A stretch of DNA of 61,647 nt, counting the filler, from Choristocarpus tenellus KU-1152 (taxonomy: Eukaryota; Protista; Phaeophyceae), in the NCBI GenBank assembly GCA_964200185.2. It is 7 parts of 7 records of this genome, joined end to end, with 100 filler letters (N's around TTAATTAATTAA, not from the genome) between each part and the next. Parts side by side here need not be neighbours in the genome. Positions count along the whole stretch, not along the records: positions 49,291 to 53,948 come from CAXNAD020013587.1; positions 54,049 to 61,647 come from CAXNAD020005898.1; 5 more parts are not named here. One strand, written 5' to 3'. The stretch's first letter is position 1. The number at the start of each line of letters is the position of its first letter. Below, piece by piece: positions 53,876-61,647 of this stretch. Both the position numbers and the translations under genes were made by a program. The notes beneath the pieces were generated by a model, which saw nothing but the letters and a program-made list of their open reading frames with translations, did not search any database and was not told where the DNA came from.

Positions 53876-53948
53876 AGAAGGTATACCCTGAAGGTTACCT
53901 ATCTTGAATATCATGTAGAAGGTATACCCTGAAGGTGACGTATCTTGA
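53876..53948. repeat. 41-bp tandem repeat (1.8 units) running into contig end
   Basis: AGAAGGTATACCCTGAAGGTTACCTATCTTGAATATCATGT followed by AGAAGGTATACCCTGAAGGTGACGTATCTTGA and then the gap. Confidence 0.85.
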
Positions 53949-54048
53949 NNNNNNNNNNNNNNNNNNNNNNNNNNNNNNNNNNNNNNNNNNNNTTAATTAA
54001 TTAANNNNNNNNNNNNNNNNNNNNNNNNNNNNNNNNNNNNNNNNNNNN
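53949..54048. other. Artificial contig spacer
   Basis: N44-TTAATTAATTAA-N44. Confidence 0.98.
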
Positions 54049-54124
54049 AAAAAAACCCATGGCAAGCCAAGCACCAAAGGGACAAACAGGGCAAAACTCG
54101 TACCCTCTAGGATACTTTTCACTC
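54049..54124. mobile_element. MITE family A terminal fragment (inverted) at contig start
   Basis: GGACAAACAGGGCAAAACTCGTACCCTCTAGGATACTTTTCACTC. Confidence 0.8.
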
Positions 54125-56735
54125 AATAGGCAGTAATTTTGTGGAGGTATTTCAACTTGTACATGGTTGAGTTTTTTGTTGTACTTGTGACAGTGGAGGG
54201 TCCCTTGCTGGCTACCTCACTCCCTTTGGTAGAATAGAGCCAGCCTCGATTGCATGATGGCAAATTGTGTGAATTGGTAATATATATATATATATATTAG
54301 AGATATATTAAGAGAAAAGGAGAGCAGTATAATATTGTATTGATCACAGACAGGTAGAAAGGTAGGGGGGCATTATGATCATAGTTCAGATTTATATTGG
54401 TTCGTGTCTAGTAATAGGTACACTAGTATCTTGTAAGCTAGTATACTTGATAGGTAATTTGAAAGTCGGTTCCTATTTCTTATGTATTTGTAGGTTACTA
54501 TTTCAATGTTTTATCTGCGATTACTTCTTATTCACTACTCCGAGTATTTGGACTAAATTTTTATTCACATTTTGTAATGATGCCGTCAAATGATTATTAA
54601 CAGTTCAAATAGTGCCAAGATTTTTTTTTAATATTTGAAGTGATCCACTTCAAATCCTAATATTTGGTGTGTTTGACTTTCACAGATGATGTCATGTGGA
54701 TGACATGGACATACTCATTCATCAATGTTCAAATATCTTGATAAAACCAAGTATTACAAATAGCTTCACTTCAACCTTCATGTGTATGTTCTTCATGATT
54801 TGGAACAAAGGTCCAGCGACAATTGGAAATTATTTTTTTGCTTAGTCTTTTGTAGATCAATGTGGTGGTACAAATCTGACAACTCCACATAACAACAATG
54901 TATAGTATGCACATGTAACTTCATCTTCAACATTTTGCTCACATTTTTTGAGCAGAGTGCCCAAACAAGTTAACCGGTCTGTTTGATTCAGACTGGTTCA
55001 GGAATAGACTTAATCTGGTCTGTGGACTGGACTGATACATGTACTGGACATGTTAGAAAAATTTGGAATTGTAGGTAGACATGATATGCACAGGTTTGAA
55101 AATGTTAGATCCGGTTCAGTCATCAGACATGGACTGATACAATCCAAATGAGTCAATTTGATTTATTCTCCCAAATCCTTTTGATTCACAACTTGAGTCA
55201 AGTCCAGGTTTTTCTAGGATATAATATTTCGGTAGCTCGAAAAGGTGTGGACAATCTCTATAGGGAAACATTTTTATGTGGGATTCACCATGTAGTCAGT
55301 TGTATGACTAATATTTTGTGATCTCTTTGACAGGTACAAGCGTGAAATGGAGGTGTACCAGTCAAAGGTAAAGAAGGCACAGGAGGCTGAAAGAGATTCC
55401 TCTTTCTCTTGATTGAATTACAGAAGTGATTTGTTGTACTCAACAGGTGTTGTATAGGGGAATTGGGTGTTTTGCTTTCCATATTTTGGTGCTTCAGATG
55501 GTATGGCTGGTAGCCTCTAGAGGGATATCCACTATTCCTTGTATTCACAAAGATGTGTGTCAGGTATAGGATGTACAGGATAAATTGTGATGGAATAAAG
55601 GAAGTTACAACATGTACACTTCTTATTGTCACATTTTTTTTCACAAAATAGGAATGTTTCCTACCACAAATATTACCAAATTAGTGTGATCATTATGATC
55701 AATCCACTGCACTTTTTCATTACTCACCACAAATGCACCAACCTCACCTAATGTTCCATTCAGAATTTTTCCATCTTGAGTATGAGTTGTTGAATAGGTG
55801 ATAGTTAAGGTTTCTTACAAGATTTTCTCCTTTGAGTGGACGGACCTTCAATCATTGTTACAATTACAAATAGCAACCACATGTGGCCTGATTTCAAGAG
55901 TTCTCCTTTTAGTACTTGACAACATTTTAGATGCAGCTACAACGGGGTTCTGACCTCCAACCTATGGTCTGGTCCACCAAATTAAGTCAGCACCTAAAAT
56001 AAGCCAAACTTGGGGGTGTTAAACTTGACCTTGTGGAGACCATACTTTGTACCAGCATGCAGAAAAAAAAATACTGAGTACTCAAGACCTCTTACACACT
56101 GTCAACATTCGGTAGAGTAAAATGATTTCATTGTTTCAGTCTATTTTCTTGTGAAAAGTTCTAAATTCATGCCAACATTCACTCAGGCAACTCTGTTTTT
56201 GCATTATTTGTTTTGTGTCTTCTACCTACATGCAATGTCAGTACCTCATTCATATCAGATACATCATTCACCAGAGGTAGGCAATGTTGTCATCTACATA
56301 GCTGTTGCCACAAAAATTCTGCCCTATTTCTCTATGCAAAGCACCAAAAAATGAAATAAGGTCACTATTATATTATTTGCATATGTTGATAACTTCAACG
56401 TGATGGAACACCATGAAGGAGAAACAAATGGACGGATGTGTGAAATGGCACTTGTCTCTCCCCAGCTTAACCTTAACAACAAAGTAAGGAACAAGGAGTG
56501 CTCAACCCTGCAACACCTTGAAGAACTAAGCCTTATCAGGAGAGGTGAATAGAAGATGAAACAAAATAACAAGAGCAGGTCTCTGCTCAAAACCAGAAGA
56601 AAATTTTCTTGTAAGATGGGTGAAATATGGAGATGAAATTGGAGACTGCAGTTTTATGGTGGAATTTGCATTAGTGGAAGTAATGATATCAAAAAGAGGT
56701 TAAGACAATGAAGGCAGGACAAATATTCTCCCATA

Positions 56736-59180
56736 TTATTTCTTGTATGCACCAGGAGCCTTAAATGTGTCAACAGCAACACTGTGCATGAAGAGAGTTC
56801 CTGTCACAGGCATGTGATCCCAATACAACATCAGTGTGACTGAGGCATTCCGCAGTCCGCTTCCCTGTCAAACAGAGAAAGCATGGACAATTAGGTGTAA
56901 TAGCTTGTGTTTCAAGCACATCAAACATGGGAAATGCATGGGATGGCCTCTAGTCCAACCGACTGACATGTGCCTCACCTCATCAATCAGACCATACTTT
57001 ACAAAAAGGTTTTCTTGAAGAATATATGCATCTTCTGGACGCTCCACAATTTTGTCCCAGAGGGTGACCTGAGTGATTACAGAGAGGAAGAGTTGGAATA
57101 TTTGAAATATCTCAATGTTACCATCTAGATAACACAACAGCAGTCACATTTCTTGTATGAAGCACCATAATAAATTCAAGTTGGCAATCAATTCTCCTTA
57201 CACAACTAAAGGTTGATCAGGTAAGATCAAAGTGGCAGGCTACTGTGAACACAAGGACAAAAAGAGTCATGCCATGAATAAAGTATGGTCTTCAAGGAAC
57301 AGATAAACATGGGTTGAGTTGGCCCCTTGATGTCCACATACTGGTGATTTTATAACAAACTGGCTTTACTCTTTTAATCCAATTTGGTTGTCCTTATCAT
57401 AGATGTCCAATTCAGCTCAGGAACTTGATGCCTACTTCCAATAAAGAATGTAAAATGGTTCTTTACAGAACACATAATGTTGCTGATATACCATTCAGAC
57501 TCTAAGCCCAGAAGCAACATTAACCTGTAATGTAGTTATGTCTGTTGCTTGTGCCATCATACACATATTTTAGGTCTAGAGTCAAAATAATACTCATCAG
57601 CGAAGTAAATTTACAAACACAATGTTTACCTTCACATCCATGTTTTGAGTTTTTTGTACTCTCCCCAACAGTTTAACTCAACACCGTAGAAACTTCATGA
57701 TGGTGTGGAATGTAGATGGCTGCTTTTGGGACCAATCAATTAGCTCTCACTGGCCTCCCAGAATCATATAAAATCAAATTCAAACAATCGGGTCTAACAT
57801 GTAATCGGCTGCCTGATAATACAGAGCAAAACATAGTCATACACATACTAACCCTAATCCTATCTAAATATTCACTACAGGTCAAGAGATTCTACCACAA
57901 TACACCATTATGGAGGGTTGCCACCTAATAGCAGACACCCAACTACCTGCGAGACTTGGTTGCTCAAACAATAGGGATTTTATACGCCCACAGAATGTGT
58001 CCAACCAATGACACATACTCGCCTCACACATAATCCAACATACTGTTAATTTCGTTCACCAAAATTGGTGCTGGAAGGTGGGTGTATTTATATCCCGAAC
58101 GGAAGTGAATTTACATCTCCTGTGCCAATACCTAACACATTGCCAAACTTGTTCCTGCACCATCCACACAGTTGTAGCATTTTATACAAATAAGCACCAA
58201 ATATGAACAGAACCTGGCAATCATCAAAAGATACTGATTTCTCTCTCTTCAAGTCAGCAGACTCAATTTTGATCTCATCATCAGGCCTTGCTAACATGCG
58301 GAGGGAATACCAATTGTCAGTCAAAACTATGGAAAGATCCTTGCGGAAAAAGGAAATCAAAGAAGGCTAGAGGCATGTTCACCGCGAGACCAGACATGCA
58401 GTCCAAGTTCATTGCTCTTCCATCACACCACCATCAGCAATGAAACGTGACACGGCGATGTGGCACGTGGAAGTGATCAAACACAATTGTTCGCTTGTCA
58501 GGGTCACTGACAACCGATTGCTTTTTCCGCATAGTGTCTCGGTCTCCTTTAACCTACTTCCTTACTCCTACTCACACTTCTACCAACATTCACCATCAGC
58601 ATCAACCACCTACACACTAGGTGACGACAAGGAGCTAGAGCTCTTCTCTTTCAGAAATTTACAAAAATAAAGAGCTTGTCCTTGGTTGATGGATTTGACC
58701 TTGGGGCATATTGGCCTTCCTGGGTTCATCAGCAAAGAGAAAATCGACTATACCTATGATTCTTCAACACTTGCGATCGGGATAACAAGTCCCACCTGGT
58801 TCACAGTGTTGGTCTTGGTGGTATACTCGGCTACCACAAATAGAAACAGCTGTTTTACATTCCAGTTAAAGGCAGGTGCCAAATCCGCCTCCACATCGAT
58901 ATTGAGCAGCAATCGATCTACCCCTTGGTGAGTGCGGAATGAGCGCATCCTATGCACCCCTAGCCTTCTCACATCCGGGAAACCTGCTTGCAATAGACAG
59001 TGGCGTACGTCTTGTTTAAATCACCAGAGTATTTGGGGTTACTACGAAGTTCAATGGGATCATTCATGGCGACCCACCCTTATGTAAGTAGGTGCTCAAT
59101 GCTGTCAGGACACTGAGGCCCAGAAGGACCGAGAGCCCAAAGAATACAACGGCATTCAAACGAACCCATTTAGTGTGCAT
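56736..59180 (-). CDS. SPCS3: Signal peptidase complex subunit 3 (SPC22/23), complete, 169 aa
   Basis: Exons 59180-59078, 58983-58796, 57068-56979 and 56864-56736 total 510 nt: MHTKWVRLNAVVFFGLSVLLGL..ADLAPAFNWNVKQLFLFVVAEY..NQVTLWDKIV..KYGLIDEGSGLRNASVTLMLYWDHMPVTG..stop. Matches the SPC22 signatures FxWNxKQLFxY and VxLWDKI. Confidence 0.96.
58090..58730 (-). mobile_element. Possible piggyBac-like transposase relic in SPCS3 intron 2
   Basis: IVLTDNWYS resembles the piggyBac catalytic DNxYTS motif. Little else is recognisable. Confidence 0.3.
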
Positions 59181-59696
59181 TTTGGAGGATGTTCTTTTCC
59201 TCTTTTCCCTCTGAAAATCCTCTGTCAATTGCACACGTCTACACCGCTCGCATTAGTAAGTTGTTGTAGATGATAGTTGTGTCCCGTAACTATTCACTGT
59301 ACCGTTATTCAAATTTCATTACGTACACTGATATATTTCTCACACATCCATCTATTATCTATTGCATTATCTTCATCCATATTAACGCCAACAAATGCGT
59401 GCAAAATGCGTATGATTCGACCTGATATTCATAATTTACCTATGTGCACGTTTACATCCCCGTTTCGTTTTGCTTTTTCGCTTTTTCAGGCATTTCGAAA
59501 CGGAAAATCGTGATAAATGACAATTATATGTCAATTTCGAGGCATTTCTGAATGGGGGATGGATGAGACCATTCTTGACCAATTTTCAAGGCAAATCTGA
59601 ACAGAATTCTTGGTATTTCAATTTGCCCTTTGTTGTTGTTCGTAGCAATGTACTTGGGGCTACAGAGTTATTACCTATACCACCTCTGGTTCAAGA

Positions 59697-60686
59697 TGGA
59701 CAAAATGGATGAAGACAGTGAGAGAGACCGAATGTCATCGTCCTCAGGTCCATCATCCTCGAGTTCATCGTCTTCCAGATCGTCATCTTCTAGTTCATCG
59801 TCTTTCGATGAATCTATCTTTATGTTGGAGGCGTCATCTAGGATAAATGCAACTGGGATATAGCTCATCTCCGCTTTGATGGACAAGGAGGATGAGGAGG
59901 AAGAACGTCCATTATTTCTCAGGTTTCGCATCCCCCAATACCGGTCCGCTTACATGGCGAGCTCGTGGGAGGTTATGCTGGGGAGAGAGGAAGATCTGAG
60001 AGACGTCACTTCGCGGAGGCGCTGAAATAAGCGACCGTTGACCATACTGGATTTGCACGGGGAGTGTCTTGCATGGTGAGTGACGGCTGGGTTTCTAGGA
60101 GCCAAAAACGATAAGACAATCGTTCGATATGATGGTGCTATCCAGAAACTTAGGAATGGCCCCACATAGAGACAGCTGGAGTACAACGTCAAGGACTCCA
60201 TCAGGAACTGTTACACCGAGAAAGCCACCTATGCCCTTGTCGATGGGGGCTACCACAATGTGACAGGAAAAAAGTGGTGCACAATATGCCCCTGAGGACA
60301 TCTGTCACACAGGTACAGGCAAGGTGGAACGAACGAGTGGAGAGTATATGCAAGGATGTCAAGTGCTTTTTTGGCAGAGTCAAGCGCCGCTTCAGAATCC
60401 TCAAGTTGCACTAACTACAATATTTGCACAGAAAGAAGGTAGATAACATATTTTTCACTTACTGCATATTGCAAAAGATGCTTCATTCATATGGCCTTGG
60501 AGAGTTGGAGGGCAACACTGACTGGACAGGGGATGCTAGTCTGCATGATGCCTTCTACAATGACCCTTACACTGACTTCAAGCAGATGGGCATGCCAAGG
60601 GACCAGGGAAGAGTATGTGGAGAGGGAGGTGGAATTTGATGAGCTTAGGCAGAAGCTCACAGCACACTGCAAGTACAAGGAATAAA
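59697..60686 (+). pseudogene. PIF/Harbinger DDE transposase, decayed and internally deleted
   Basis: Ser-rich N-terminus, RFRIP, GFLGAKNDKTIVRYD, YALVDGGYH, VESICKDVKCFFGRVKRRFRILK and FFTYCILQKML match DDE_Tnp_4/Plant_tran motifs (G..ND, DxGY, R..VE..FG.LK.RF.IL, CC.LHN). In-frame stops present. Confidence 0.88.
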
Positions 60687-60957
60687 ATGGAGAGGTTGGA
60701 TGAGGTCCTGATGATAGGATCTTGCTTGTCAAACAGTGGTTTGCGTTTTGCGCTGTTGACACTTTATGTGATAAGTGTGAACGGTACAATTGGTATTTTA
60801 CTTTTGTAAAGTACATACACGAAGAGGTAGGAAGATGTAATACAGGACAAAGAGTCATTTGTCAGTACAATATAGAGAGTGATTGAAAGTACACAGTCAA
60901 GAAGGAAGAATTAATTGCCACTGATTGTGACAATCTAGTTAGGTAAAGATTATCCTC

Positions 60958-61278
60958 ATGGACAAGAGCAGCTCACTTCGTTCTGAGCAGTGGATAATAT
61001 TGTACCCTAACCAACCTTCTGAAGAGCGCTGGGAACATAATCGCTACTTCAACTTAAGCAAGGATGGGGGGTTAGTGGAGTCCTCTTCAATGGAGGGTGT
61101 GGAGGCAATGAGGGGGTCCGGGCTTGTAGCAAACCCAGGATCGAGGAGCCGACAGAAGTTACGGAGGGCTGCTGAGGAGGACTTGAAGTTGGAAGCAGAG
61201 TCAAGGGAAAAAAGTAGGATGGATGGCTACATCATTGGTGCCCTCGTATCCACATTGGGTGATGCAGCTAGAGCATGA
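60958..61278 (+). mobile_element. Possible relic of the Harbinger second (accessory/Myb-SANT) ORF
   Basis: 106-aa charged ORF immediately downstream of the transposase. Assignment rests on position only; no SANT motif seen. Confidence 0.3.
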
Positions 61279-61647
61279 GGAGGCATGTAGACATAATAGC
61301 AGAAAAGGCTACTGCTTGGGAAGATAGTCAAAATTTGGACGGAATGCTTAAGACTGCTAAACAAGCTTTTCAGAAGAGTGGTAACTTTGCTCAACATAAT
61401 GATACAAGATCAGGGTTGACAGCTTTGTTTGGTTAGTGCATCAGAAGCCCAAGATCAGAAGACACAAAAATAAATTCCATTCAATTGAAAATTACCTCAA
61501 ATCTAAACAATTTGCCAATGCCTATGTGCACAGGACCACTGTCAAAGACTACTGAGCACTACACTGACAGCTGTGTTGTTACAACTGGTTCCCCTAGTCC
61601 ATCCCCCCAATACTGCTGCCTGTCCCCGAAGCCCCCAAGTCAACCCC

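Noticed and set aside
53876-53948. CRISPR-like repeat
   Set aside because: Units are directly adjacent without unique spacers, no cas genes are present, and the context is eukaryotic.
4737-54048. Six identical TTAATTAATTAA palindromes in N-runs as a biological repeat
   Set aside because: They are a fixed 44N-12-44N artificial linker with stops in six frames. Gene neighbourhoods across these joins are not evidence of clustering.
55400-55950. Possible Copia integrase relic (YSTTHTQDG, GYQPYHLK) on the minus strand
   Set aside because: Too decayed for a confident assignment.
59671-60404. Minus-strand acidic ORF 59671-59931 (DDELEDDDLEDD) and neighbouring minus ORFs
   Set aside because: They are antisense to the Ser-rich N-terminus and core of the Harbinger transposase.

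Overview
This is eukaryotic nuclear DNA from an intron-rich photosynthetic stramenopile, most likely a brown alga. That assignment is inferred from bipartite plastid presequences, brown-algal-type LINE and CRE relics, and TTAGGG-like intronic motifs. The window is not contiguous: seven contigs are joined by six artificial 100-nt spacers (44 N + TTAATTAATTAA + 44 N), so adjacency is only meaningful within a contig. Contigs 1-3 (1-19079) are mostly transposon relics (RTE-like LINE endonuclease, CRE-type RLE, Copia, Gypsy), plus four related MITE families, a ~500-bp inverted repeat and the last exon of a protein kinase. Contig 4 carries a head-to-head pair of apparently plastid-targeted genes, an SLC4 bicarbonate/borate-family transporter (-) and a CruP-like lycopene cyclase paralog (+), with 456 bp between the ATGs. 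Contig 5 is one giant multi-exon coiled-coil gene (roughly 2,300 aa visible, open at both ends) with an intronic Copia relic. Contig 6 holds the 5' part of a TCP11-family gene. Contig 7 holds a complete 4-exon SPCS3 gene and a decayed PIF/Harbinger transposon. I found no CRISPR array, rRNA or tRNA, and I cannot demonstrate a new biological system. The best candidates are the divergent SLC4/CruP plastid gene pair and the GAG...CTC-ended MITE group. All protein identifications come from motif recognition by eye, not database searches.
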